A DNA stretch of 64,000 nucleotides from Candidatus Latescibacterota bacterium (GTDB lineage: Bacteria; Latescibacterota; UBA2968; UBA8231): positions 960,001 to 1,024,000 of the forward strand of contig CBDAOB010000004.1 in the NCBI GenBank assembly GCA_965197905.1. Reading direction: 5' to 3'. The translations under genes were made by a program, and so were the position numbers. Under the pieces are notes generated by a model. That model was given only the letters and a program-made list of their open reading frames with translations. It had not been told where the DNA came from and did no database searches. This document shows positions 1 through 9,823 of this stretch, piece after piece; within the stretch, counting starts at the first letter, position 1; the number at the start of each line of letters is the position of its first letter.

Positions 1-227
1 GGGGGGCAGGGTCAGACGTCCACCTATCGCCGCTCCTGGGCCACCCTACTGGCACGGGTTTTTGCATCGATGTGACGCGCTGTCCGGACTGTGGTGGTCG
101 TATGAAGATCATCGCCGCCCTCACCGACCCACGTTCGATCCGCCGCTATCTGCACGGTATGGGCTTGCCGGCGCGGGCGCCGCCCATCGCATCCGCGCGA
201 CCCCAACCGCAATTCGACTACGCCTGA
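1..227 (+). pseudogene. IS91/ISCR-family (HUH rolling-circle) transposase, C-terminal fragment with frameshift
   Basis: Manual translation: RRSWATLLARVF, then a -1 frameshift near 62-65, then IDVTRCPDCGGRMKIIAALTDPRSIRRYLHGMGLPARAPPIASARPQPQFDYA*. The W..LL.RVF.ID...CPxCGG.M.IIA pattern is typical of the IS91-family C-terminus. Cut by the window edge. Confidence 0.85.
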
Positions 228-432
228 TTGGCTGAGGGCGAGGTATGTCTACCCGTTTTGAGCGGTTGCTCAAAAGCGGCGTTCAGGTGCCCGAAATAGA
301 TCCGCACTAGCGATTCGCGGCCGTTTCCCATGGCCAGCCGACCATACGTTGCAAATGTCCCGAAAAACGCCGCACTAGACCGGCACGGACCCTCGGCGCA
401 ACTGTCGATAACGGTGTTTATTCGTCCTGTAC
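203..432 (+). mobile_element. oriIS-like end of IS91/ISCR element, copy 1
   Basis: Lies downstream of the transposase stop, contains a perfect hairpin TTTTGAGC-ggtt-GCTCAAAA (256-275) and ends GGTGTTTATTCGTCCTGTAC. Near-identical blocks occur at 3262-3493 and 9824-10063. Confidence 0.8.
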
Positions 433-438
433 TTTGAT

Positions 439-522
439 GTGAAAACCGTTGCATTCGTCGACGATGACGAAAGAGAGTTGAGACGTTTTGAAAAAGCTCT
501 TAGCCAGTACTTTCACGTGTAA
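439..522 (+). pseudogene. Response-regulator receiver domain N-terminal scrap
   Basis: VKTVAFVDDDERELRRFEKALSQYFHV* resembles beta1 plus the acidic pocket of a receiver domain; only 27 codons. Confidence 0.4.
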
Positions 523-702
523 CTGGATTGGGTTACAGCCAATGTGCAGATATACTCGTGAAGAGTGGCAAAGCGAGGCCAGATCTTTGGGTGCTTGACC
601 TATACTTCCCAGGGGACGGCGTAGTCAATAGTTCGGCGCAACGAGATGAAATGAATGTCAAATATCAACAATTGGAAAGCCATACGCGCGGGGGATGATA
701 GC

Positions 703-1473
703 ATGTCATCTATTGAGTTGGCTTCGGGGTGTGCCATACCGCTCGTGGGGCTGGGCACCTGGAATTTGAGGGGTGGCGAGTGTACAGAGGCGGTGAAACG
801 GGCGCTGGACATGGGCTACAGGCATATCGATACCGCGCATATGTACCGAAATCACGATGCTGTCGGTAAGGGCCTCAAGCAGAGCGGTATCGGTCGAGAG
901 GACGTATTTGTCACCACAAAAATTTGGCATGATGCCCTCCGGTACGATCAGGTGATGGAACAATTCCAAAACTGCCTGGACGAGCTGAAGACCGAATTCG
1001 TAGACCTGTTGCTCATTCACTGGCCCAACGAGGCGGTGCCCTTAGAGGAGACGCTCAGGGCTTTCGACGAGATTCAAGTATCGGGTCGGACTCGCCATAT
1101 AGGCGTGAGTAACTTCTCTAACGAACAGGTGGACCAGGCCATCCAACTGGCCGAGGCGTCTATCTGCACTAACCAGGTTGAATGCCACGTCGGCCATTTC
1201 CAAGGATCTGTCTGGCGGCACTGCAGCGAAAACGGAGTTGTTGTCACCGCTCACCGGCCGCTGGCTGTAGGCGCCGCAGCGAACGACCCCACACTGGCCG
1301 AGATCGGAGCGGCACGTAACAAATCCGCTGCGCAGGTTGCCTTGCGGTGGCTGGCGCAGCGCCAGATTGTGGCCATTCCTAAGGCCAGCTCCGAAGCCCA
1401 TCTGCGAGAGAACATAGACATCTTCTCGTGGACCCTGGAGGAACAGGAAATGCAGCGAATTGACCAATTATAA
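703..1473 (+). CDS. Aldo/keto reductase (2,5-diketo-D-gluconate reductase-like)
   Basis: GLGTW, GYRHIDTAHMY, VFVTTK, DLLLIHWP, IGVSNF and IPKAS motifs. Start placed at ATG 703 after a GGGGA RBS (ORF is open from 655). Confidence 0.9.
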   Translation: MSSIELASGCAIPLVGLGTWNLRGGECTEAVKRALDMGYRHIDTAHMYRNHDAVGKGLKQSGIGREDVFVTTKIWHDALRYDQVMEQFQNCLDELKTEFVDLLLIHWPNEAVPLEETLRAFDEIQVSGRTRHIGVSNFSNEQVDQAIQLAEASICTNQVECHVGHFQGSVWRHCSENGVVVTAHRPLAVGAAANDPTLAEIGAARNKSAAQVALRWLAQRQIVAIPKASSEAHLRENIDIFSWTLEEQEMQRIDQL

Positions 1474-1553
1474 GAAGCGCAGAATGGCCCTGGTTCAAAA
1501 CGGGATCAGGGAACTCGAAGGTCGTCAGTGAGCATCCCAGGAATATCACAACC

Positions 1554-1973
1554 ATGCAATCATGCATCTTCTGCCAAATCGCTCGGCGCGAAGCGCCCGC
1601 AAGTATTGTCTATGCCGACGAGTTGGTTACCGGACTGATGGCACTGCATGCCCAAGGTCCGGGGCATATGCTCGTTATTCCGAATGAGCACGTCGCGATA
1701 ATAAGCAATCTGCCAGAGCTGTCTGCGCATGTGTTCTTCATCAGTATGCGGCTGGCTCACACGCTTTCTAGCGTACTGTCAAGCAGTGGTTGTACGTATC
1801 TTATGCATGAAGGCTTCGAAACGTTGCATGTTCATCTGCACATTATCCCAAGGCACATTGATGACCACGTGCAACTTGACCAACGGGCTCGCGAGACGCC
1901 ACGTGAGGAACTAGACCACATAGGCGCCCAGCTACGAAGGATGTACGAACTCTCCTGGCCAACTCACGATTGA
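1554..1973 (+). CDS. HIT family protein
   Basis: N-terminal CIFC, GHMLVIP and histidine triad HVHLHII. Confidence 0.9.
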   Translation: MQSCIFCQIARREAPASIVYADELVTGLMALHAQGPGHMLVIPNEHVAIISNLPELSAHVFFISMRLAHTLSSVLSSSGCTYLMHEGFETLHVHLHIIPRHIDDHVQLDQRARETPREELDHIGAQLRRMYELSWPTHD

Positions 1974-1998
1974 GGGAAAGATTACTTGATCCTTTGCC

Positions 1999-2657
1999 AT
2001 GACCAATTCTAACGCCGACGTCGACGCACTGGCGCAGCTAATTTGGGACTACCATCATGTTGAACACACATTGGATGAGTCGGACTGTATTATCGTCCTT
2101 GGTAGTAACGATCCTAGGGTAGCGAGCAAAGGCGCCGAGTTGTATCGAAACGGCTCGCTCCGCTTATGGTGTGCACGGGTAACGTGGGCAAACAGACTCG
2201 CGGCATGTACGAGAAATCGGAGGGTGCTTATTTCGCGGAGATTGCGATACGTGACGGTGTGCCTTCGAGCGACGTTCTTGTGGAGGACAGGGCCGGCAAC
2301 ACAGGCGAGAATTTTCGTTTTACTCGCGAATTACTGGGGGGACACGGAAGATATATTAGTGACGCGATCGTTGTTACGAAACCGTATATGGAGAGACGAG
2401 CATTGGCCACCGCAGGGGCTGAATGGCCCGAATTACTTGCGCGCGTCACCTCCCCTAGCATCGATTTTCCGGAGTATTTCACGGAGGATCTTGGCAAAGA
2501 CAAGATCATTAACCTGATTGTGGGGGATCTTCAACGAATTAGAGTATATCCGGGGCTAGGGTTTCAGATAAAGCAGGACATTCCGGCGAATGTATGGTCG
2601 GCGTTCGAGCGTCTGGTTGAATTGGGATACGATAGACACCTGGTGGCCACAGCATAA
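1999..2657 (+). pseudogene. YdcF/DUF218 family protein, frameshifted
   Basis: N-part LIWDYHH...IIVLGSNDPRVA (frame of 1999) joins APLMVCTG...NTGEN...VTKPYMERRA (frame of 2166) if one base is restored near 2154. Confidence 0.8.
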
Positions 2658-2802
2658 CAACTGTTTCGAGGAGATTTAGAACCAGGGCTAAATTTCTGAG
2701 GATGGGACTGTATTTTCTGCGCGGAGTGAAGGGAGACCTCGACGGACGCCACACAATTTCCTAGTTTGCGTCCACCGAATCCGGTAGTCAGAACTAACGG
2801 CC

Positions 2803-2890
2803 ATGCCAGATCACCAATTCGAAGACCCCGAGTTAGCTGCTCTCTACGATTTGTTCGCGCCGCCGGCTGCAAGGGGAGATTTCGGATTCT
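2803..2890 (+). pseudogene. Probable class I SAM methyltransferase N-terminal scrap
   Basis: MPDHQFEDPELAALYDLFAPPAARGDFGF resembles the F.DP.LA.LYD start of many methyltransferases; the rest of the gene is missing. Confidence 0.45.
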
Positions 2891-3100
2891 CCCGGTCACA
2901 CGCCTGGTCATACGCTTTACCATTGGCGCGATAGGCGCAGGGAATTTCTGTTCTCTGGGCATGTTATGAAATTGGTCTTCGGCAAATGGGAGCTATTTTT
3001 CAACCCCACAAAAGCGCCAAGAGCTACTCAGTTCGATCATCTTTCCGGGGCAGATTATCTTTTGCCGACTTCATCCCGCTATCGGGCACTCAGACAAAGG
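2891..3100 (+). pseudogene. Metallo-beta-lactamase-fold fragment
   Basis: PGHTPGHTLYHW...FLFSGH motif, open in the same frame as ORF 2966-3304. Confidence 0.55.
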
Positions 3101-3109
3101 GATCTCACG

Positions 3110-3290
3110 CCGTCGTGGTCGGACGGCACCACCCACCTGATCCTTTCTCCCCTCGAACTCATCGAGAAGCTCGCCACTTTGGTACCGCCGCCGCGGCTGA
3201 ATCTGATTCGCTATCACGGGGTGTTGGCACCCAACGCCGCCGATCGCATCGGCGCGACTAGATCCCCAACCGCAATTCGACTACGCCTGA
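3110..3290 (+). pseudogene. IS91-family transposase internal fragment with deletion
   Basis: WSDGTTHLILSPLELIEKLATLVPPPRLNLIRYHGVLAPN (the IS91 RYHG..APN motif) is joined directly to the terminal PQPQFDYA* segment seen in copy 1. Confidence 0.85.
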
Positions 3291-3493
3291 TCCTCTTCGG
3301 GTGAAGTGTGTCTATCCTCTTGAGCGGCTGCTTAAAAGCGGCGTTCAAGTGCCCAAAATAGATCCGCAATAGCGCTTCGCGGCCGTTTCCCATGGCCCGC
3401 CACCCCTACGTTGCAAATGTCCCGAAAAAACCCCACCAGAGCGGCACGGACCCTCGGCGCAACTATCGATAGCGGTGTTTATTCTTCCTATAC
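3262..3493 (+). mobile_element. oriIS-like end, copy 2
   Basis: Colinear with 203-432; ends GGTGTTTATTCTTCCTATAC. Confidence 0.85.
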
Positions 3494-4648
3494 TTTTTCG
3501 GTGCGTCTGACCGCCAGCATAAAGCCCAAACAGGCCAACGGCGCCAGCGCCAGTAAAGCCATCGCCGTCTCCAGTCCGAAGGCATCGGCGACAATGCCGA
3601 TGCAAAGGGGGCCGGCGAAAGCACCGACCACGGCCACCATCGTCAAGACCGCAAACATGGTAGCACCGCTGTCGGGAAAGCGATTGGCAGCGTAGCTGAC
3701 CATCGTGGGAAAGAAGCAGGAGACGCCGAGGGCGAGGGCGTTTAGACAGGCGATCGTGAAAAGCGTACTGGTGGGCATGGCGGCCAGCGCCAGGCTGACG
3801 GCGCAGAACGGGGCGGCGGCTAGGAAGAACGAGTGGATGCCCATGCGCTCGACCAAGCGGACGCCGAAGATGCGACCAAACGACATCGTAACGCCCAGGG
3901 CCAGGAGCGCGACGATACCCGCGGTCTTGGTTCCCCCAGCGACCTGCTCGATGAAATAGGGGGCCCAGGTAAGTGGTCCCACCTCGGTGGCACCGGAGAA
4001 AAACATGGCCGCACACAGGAGCAGGAAGGCAGGATGGCGCAAAGCCTTTCGCAGCGGCGGCCGTACCCCCCGATCCACCGCCGCCGTGGCCGGCGGTACG
4101 GGAACGAAAAGAGCGGCGACGCCGTAGGACAACACGACAACCGCGAGCAGCCGGAAGGTTTCGCGCCAACTCCAGGCCAGTTCGTGAAGGGTTAACAAAA
4201 GAAGGACAAGGACGATCATGCCGAGGTAGAAATTGGCGTGAAGAATGGCCGTAACTTTGACACGTGCGCGGGGGTAGATCGCACACAGGACCGCGTTCAT
4301 GGGGGCGGGCGTCAAACCCCGACCGCTACCGGCCAAAAAGCTGGCTGCGGTGGCCTCGGTGAGATTCTGGGCGCCGGCTACGAGCCAGAGCCCGCAGAAC
4401 TGCACAAGACCGCTGAGTAGTAACAGATAACGCAGGCCGATGCGCTCCCCCAGCCAGCCGGAAAAGAGCATGACCAACGCAAGCCCCCAGTAACCGGCGG
4501 ACAGGAAAACCCCCATCCCGGCAGCGGATACCATGCCAAGATCGGCAGCTATGGAACCGACGGAGATGGCCGGGGTGACAGTGAAGCCACTGCCCGTAGC
4601 CATGCAATAACAGCACAGCATCAGGGTTGCCCGGCGGGAATAGTTCAA
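3488..4648 (-). CDS. MFS transporter
   Basis: About 12 hydrophobic segments; motif A-like GWLGERIGLR. The stop codon lies inside the oriIS terminus. Confidence 0.85.
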   Translation of the reverse strand: MNYSRRATLMLCCYCMATGSGFTVTPAISVGSIAADLGMVSAAGMGVFLSAGYWGLALVMLFSGWLGERIGLRYLLLLSGLVQFCGLWLVAGAQNLTEATAASFLAGSGRGLTPAPMNAVLCAIYPRARVKVTAILHANFYLGMIVLVLLLLTLHELAWSWRETFRLLAVVVLSYGVAALFVPVPPATAAVDRGVRPPLRKALRHPAFLLLCAAMFFSGATEVGPLTWAPYFIEQVAGGTKTAGIVALLALGVTMSFGRIFGVRLVERMGIHSFFLAAAPFCAVSLALAAMPTSTLFTIACLNALALGVSCFFPTMVSYAANRFPDSGATMFAVLTMVAVVGAFAGPLCIGIVADAFGLETAMALLALAPLACLGFMLAVRRTEKV

Positions 4649-5076
4649 GGTGGCGGAATTTCGCTATGCCGCGGCGACGGCGGCGCGACGGCGGGCGGGC
4701 ATTTTGGTTTCAACAGTGGTATGTCGTCTTTTTCCAACGGGAGCCAGATTGCGTTCCTGGGAGTGAATGATGGCCGAACTCGCCGTGAGTGGGCGCGCCC
4801 GGCGAAGCGGAGAGGAAACAGTACATGGAGCGAGGCTACGTCAAGAATCTGCCCGGTCTCGATCAGGAAGGGGTAGCCGAACTGCAGCGCCGGATGCTAA
4901 CTACTGGCCATAGGAAGCAATGCCACGACCTGGTTAGCCCATGAGGTGAAGTGCGCTCTTCACAGCCAGGTGTTGCCCGCTTTTCTCGAGGGAGAGCCTG
5001 TATTAAATTCCACCCCTGCAAGCGACTGAGATGTCGAGCGGAGGGCATCGTTTTCCGACTCGGCGGAGGATACGAA

Positions 5077-5280
5077 ATGGCGAAGGACCTCGGTGTGGGC
5101 ATTCTGGGGGCAGGCCGTGTCTCATGCGATCACGCCTACGCCTCGATGGGGATGCTACGATGAGTACAAGAAGCGCCACGACGATCTCTGGCCCGAGCTA
5201 TCGGAGGTGATGAGCCAGAAGGGCATCGACATGGTGATCTACCGGCACGAGGACCTGCTTTTCGTGTACGGTACCGCCCC
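5077..5280 (+). pseudogene. Chimera: Gfo/Idh/MocA oxidoreductase N-terminus fused to an L-rhamnose mutarotase-like fragment
   Basis: GGAGGA RBS then MAKDLGVGILGAGRVSCDHAYA, followed out of frame by GCYDEYKKRHDDLWPELSEVMSQKGIDMVIYRHEDLLFVYG (EY..RH...WPE mutarotase motif). Confidence 0.65.
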
Positions 5281-5520
5281 TCGCAGGGGGCCGCCGCAAT
5301 CCGGACAGCGCGTCACATCGATGCGAGAAACAGTTGTCCTGGGGTTGTCCCACGGAACCCGTTGCCAGCTGCAAGCGGATCGCCGACGACTCCCGCTACG
5401 ACTCCCCCTTCGTTCAGCCTAAGCCCAGCATAGCCCGATGAGTCACGGCCGCCTTCCTCTACTTCTAGAGGCTCTCACAGCGAGGGGTCCGCCGAGACGC
5501 ATGACTCGTGAGGGAGTCTT

Positions 5521-5551
5521 CAACTAGTCTCCAACTAGACCTCAACTAGAC
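5521..5551. repeat. Three tandem CAACTAG units with an 11-bp period
   Basis: CAACTAGtctc CAACTAGacct CAACTAGac. Confidence 0.75.
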
Positions 5552-5606
5552 GGCGTCACGCGGGATCTGCCCCGTGTTCGAACAGCGCGCGCGCCTCGGA
5601 AGCGAC

Positions 5607-7395
5607 CTACGGCCGATAGTGGATCGGCGATGTATATGCGCGCTCTTGAATCGACAGCGCTCGGATCGAAATCCGGATCGGTCCACACCGCCGACAATGT
5701 CGCGCTGCCGTGTTCGTTCGTGTACATCGCGGTGGCGGGATCGACCGTATCGGGTACGCGCGGCACACGGCCCTGCGCATCGGGCTTGCGCTTGCCTTCA
5801 GCTTGCCCAGCCCAGGCCACATCGTAGACACGCTCGCGCAGAGTACCACCCTCGATCCAGCCCTTCACCACTTGAATGCGATCGAGGTGCGCGCTCATCG
5901 CGTCCTTGGCCGCGTGGATCAAGAAGCCGGGCGCCCTCGTGAGTGCGCGGAGTTCGCCTCCCATTGGCACGCCGCCTGCCTTGCCGATGCCGGCGATGTC
6001 CGTGGCTCGCTCGTCGCCCGCCTTGATTCCCGCGCCGCCGTAGACCCGAACCCGGATCCGCGACCCGGTTGTCGCATACACCTCGCGCCGTTTGAACGCA
6101 GCCAGGATCGCATCGCGCGTATTTTCTTCCGCCCACACCGCGGCCAGCCCCGAAGCCGACATCGTCCAGCCATTCAGGCCACTCGTGCGACCATCATTCA
6201 GGCCTTGCTTGCTCTCGGGCGTCGAGTCCATCGCGAACTTGCCCCAGAAATTCGGCTCCTAGGCGCTGGAAACGCCGCCGTGCGAATCCGTCGAACCGAT
6301 CAAACCAAAGCGATACGGATTGAAGCCAATGCGCTCCTCGATCGCGAGCCCGGTGAGCAGCCCCGAACGCACGTAGTCCGCCGGTTTTGGGTCGTAGGGG
6401 GGAGGATCGGGTTGTGAGTAGAAGGGAAACTCTTCGAAGTCGGCGAAGGGGTCATCCGGTGACAGTGTGGGGTGAGTCTCCGAATCGCCCTTGATCTGGG
6501 TCGCCTCCACGACGGTCTCCCACTTGGCACGGTGCTTTACCCAGGCCGCATCGATCGGCGTTCCCCGCAGCCGCTCCTCCGCCGGAAACATGTAGCCCTT
6601 CGAGAGGTTCGAGTTATGGGGGATCGCAACGAAGTCCGCACCTGTCGCCGCAGCCGTTTCGTCGAGCCAGGTCCACAGGTCTTCGGGATAGTTGCTTTGG
6701 TCCGAGCCAAAGGGCATGAAGTTCTTTGCCACACTGGCGTCCGCACTCGTAAAGACGACGCGATGCAGGCTCGCGCCAGCGGGCCTCGAACTCCACTCCC
6801 ACCCGATCAGCGCGGTGAACTGGCCTGGCGCGTTGTGCCGATCGGCGAGCAGGATCGCTTCGTCCCAGATCGTTCGCGCCATGGCGGCGCCACCCGGGAG
6901 CGTGGAGCCACCACGCGGCATCGCGGCATCGGTCCGGACATCCTCTTCTGCCGTCAAGACATGCCTCATGATGTCGATCCCCTCGCCCTTCTCGAGCTTC
7001 CCCCGCACCCACCACATAAGGACGGGTGCCGCCAGACTTTCGAAGAATCCGAGCTCTTCCTGTGGCACACCGCGTTCCATCGCATAACGCAGGACGCCCA
7101 GGCCCTCGGCGTGGTCGGCGATCACCAGGAAATCGAGGGGCGTATCGATCTGCACCCGGGCGCGGTTGCCGGGATGGACGACTGGCAGGCCCTTGGCAAA
7201 GCGATAGGCGGTTTCGGGGTCGGCCGTCATGTTGCCGAAGAGGTAGGCATCGGTGGAGTTAGAGGAGTGGAGGTGCGTATCGCCCCAGAGCAGCTGATCC
7301 TGCGCCGTCGCGGTACCAGCGAGTGCCGCAAGAGAGGCCAGTGCGATGATGGATACGCTGTACAGTTTCGCGACCTCGCGATGGTTGAGCTTCAT
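5607..7395 (-). pseudogene. DUF3604 (PHP-like) secreted protein, interrupted
   Basis: Signal peptide, WGDTHLHS, LDFLVIADHAE, IGWEWSS, IPHNSN and GSTDSH. In-frame TAG at 6259-6261, then EPNFWGK...AVWAEENTR...REVYATTG...DPDFDP. The terminal IQERAYTSPIHY lies in another frame after an apparent deletion near 5655. Confidence 0.85.
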
Positions 7396-7466
7396 GACTC
7401 GGGATCCGTCCTCCGCGATGGGAATGGGGGCTCGCGGTGCTCCTCGGCTTGGATGGCGTTCCGCAA

Positions 7467-8188
7467 CTAGGCTCGCGCGTTGTGGCGTAGCTGCGCGGTC
7501 AGTCCCAGCAGAGTGAAGACCATGGCCAGCAAGAAGCGAGGGTCACCCGCTTGCTGCCAGGGGTCGAGGGGAAACGCGATCGTCTTCTTGAGTGCGGCCA
7601 CCTTGAACGAGTGAATCTCCGAGCCGGATGTCGACATCTCTTCGATCATCTCCATGATGTCACGTCGGCTGCGGTAACGAACCAAGAGACCCATGTCCCA
7701 GTCTTCGCCGCCTTCGATTCCCCAGATATCGAGGGCCGTGTTGGCAGCGGTTCCCCCCATGACGGGATGAGCAGCGCGCCTCAACGCCTTGGCAAAAAAC
7801 GGTTCCGAGTAGCGATTGACGACTTCTTCCGAGGTATCACCGGGTTCGACGCCCTCCACGAGTTTGGGCGTATCGAAGAGGTCAACCGCATTCCACATGG
7901 CAAAGTCGTCGCCCGTATCGCTCTTCATGAAGCTGATCCAGCGCTCACGGTCGTCATTCATGTCCGGGGCGCTGGCGAGTACCTGGGAGTAGTGTTCGAT
8001 TTCTTCGTCGCTGAGCGGCCCGCCGAAGGAGCTGTACCAGTAGAAGAAGACCGCGTAGACGATCCCGAGGACTGCCCAGCTCCGTGAGAGTCCCTTGCTG
8101 CTCGCTTGATCGTCTTTGGCCACGCGCTGCTCCCGGTCGAGAATCCGATTCGATGAAGAGTGCTCTCCGAGGAGTCTGATCTTTGACA
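7467..8188 (-). CDS. Hypothetical membrane protein (N- and C-terminal TM helices)
   Basis: Open frame with hydrophobic WAVLGIVYAVFFYWY and FLLAMVFTLLGL segments and an LVRYRSRRD core; start uncertain. Confidence 0.6.
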
Positions 8189-8500
8189 TGGTTACAGTCA
8201 ATAGTTCGCGATGCGAGGGGTGCGACGTGCGACTTACTGTTGAAATAAGGAAAAATTTCGGTAGGTACCGGACGGATACCAGGAGATTCACAACAGATGG
8301 GATGATCCTATCGGGTGCCTCTTCAATCACTCAAATGGGCCGGCCGAACTCGGTGAACCCGATCTCGTATCCCCGACGATCCGAGCGCAGAAACGGGTGT
8401 TCCGTTACAACCTCCTTCAACCACCCCTCGCTCGCACTCGCAGCGGAGGATATGGAGAGCGCAGAGGCAATGGCCACAACGGTCACGAACCTGGAAAAAT

Positions 8501-8905
8501 TCAATTCGGCCGCTCCAGATATTCGCAGAACGCGTTGGCCAACCGCATCCTCGGGCTCTTGCAGTCCGGCTCGAACAACCGCGGACTCGCAAGCAGGATG
8601 CAGACGCACCGGGCTCTCGAAGTAGCGACGTTTAAGCGATTGAGACTGTAGAGAAACTCCATGCCCCGCGGGGCTTCTTCGGCAGAGGAGGTGGTCATAG
8701 AGTAGATCACAACGGCCGCCTCCTGCCCTTGGAATTTGTCCACTCGGGCATGCGGCAAACGGGCTTGCAGATCCGCAACCTGCACGTTGTACGGCGCCAC
8801 GATCAAGATGTCATCGTTGGTCAACGGTTTCTCCACGCCCTCGCCTGTCGTCCACGTCACGCCGCCCCGCAATAGCTCCCGCATCACCTCCTCGACGCAG
8901 TCAAA
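8501..8905 (-). pseudogene. SF1 helicase C-terminal (AAA_12) fragment, TM0106-type nuclease/helicase
   Basis: DILIVAPYNVQV, VDKFQGQEA and NRLNVATSRAR motifs; the 5' part is replaced by oriIS copy 3. Confidence 0.85.
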
Positions 8906-8990
8906 GTATAGGACAAGCAAAGACCGTTATCGATAGTTGCGCCGAGGGTCCATGCCGCTCTGGTGGGGGTTTTTTCGGGACATTTGCAAG
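8906..8990 (-). mobile_element. oriIS-like end, copy 3 (short)
   Basis: Reverse complement reads TTGCAAATGTCCCGAAAAAA...GGACCCTCGGCGCAACTATCGATAACGGTCTTTGCTTGTCCTATAC. Confidence 0.85.
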
Positions 8991-9009
8991 CGCGGTAAAC
9001 CGGTTACCC

Positions 9010-9528
9010 CTACTTGAACTGCGCCGCGTCTTTGAACCTGCGGCCGCGGTCCGCGACCCGGCGTTCCCTCACGAACGACATGATTGGTACTCCGTAACCG
9101 CAGCTCGTCTGGGTTTGCTCCACGTCGACCTCGATCACCTGCCGCGGCGGCAGCTTGAGCTCCTCGGCCGGAGATTCGAACAACCGCTCCGAAAGCGGGG
9201 ATTCCTCGAACGGTACAGCCCGGGCGGTGCCATAGAGCCGTACGATAGCCACATCCGCTTCGCCAAAGGAGCAAACCATCACCGTCACCGGCCCACCGGC
9301 TTCGGCGTGACGGGCGGTCTCGTTGCCGCTGCCGGCGTAGTCGAGATAGGCGACCCGATTGGGCGTGATGATGTGCAGAGGGGTTGCCCCCTTCGGCGAG
9401 AGGTTGATCGGTCCGACATTCTTCTGGCCGCTGCGCAACTCCGGATCCGCGGTAGCGATGAAGAAAACCGCCGAGCTGCGAATCAGATCTGCCTGCTCAT
9501 CGGTTATCTGTTTAAAGTATCCTCCCAT
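9010..9528 (-). CDS. Pyridoxamine 5'-phosphate oxidase-family FMN-binding protein
   Basis: FFIATA, INLSPKG, YLDYAGSGNETARH, IVRLYG and QTSCGYGVP motifs. Confidence 0.85.
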   Translation of the reverse strand: MGGYFKQITDEQADLIRSSAVFFIATADPELRSGQKNVGPINLSPKGATPLHIITPNRVAYLDYAGSGNETARHAEAGGPVTVMVCSFGEADVAIVRLYGTARAVPFEESPLSERLFESPAEELKLPPRQVIEVDVEQTQTSCGYGVPIMSFVRERRVADRGRRFKDAAQFK

Positions 9529-9823
9529 TTCGTCCGTCCTTTTTCGGTTCGTGGGTTGTCGAGCGCTGGTATCAATTTGGCGCGCCGAGCTCCAGATCGG
9601 ATTCCCGCTTGCGAAAACAGACCTGGACGGGCAGCTCGTGCATGCGTTCGGCGCATGAGATGTTGAAAATGACCGCGCCGATCGAAGCCACGTCCAAGCC
9701 GCGGGAGACGTACTCCCCGGTCCATCCCTCGTAGACAGGATCCTTCCACTTCTCTATGCTCGCCTTGAAGGTGAAACGTTCGAACCAGTTCGCGGGGACC
9801 TGGGCGGTGTCCAGTATGCGTAA

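Noticed and set aside
8331..8500. Signal-peptide-like ORF fragment on the minus strand
   Set aside because: It is short, lacks a clear start and overlaps the helicase fragment end; it cannot be assigned.
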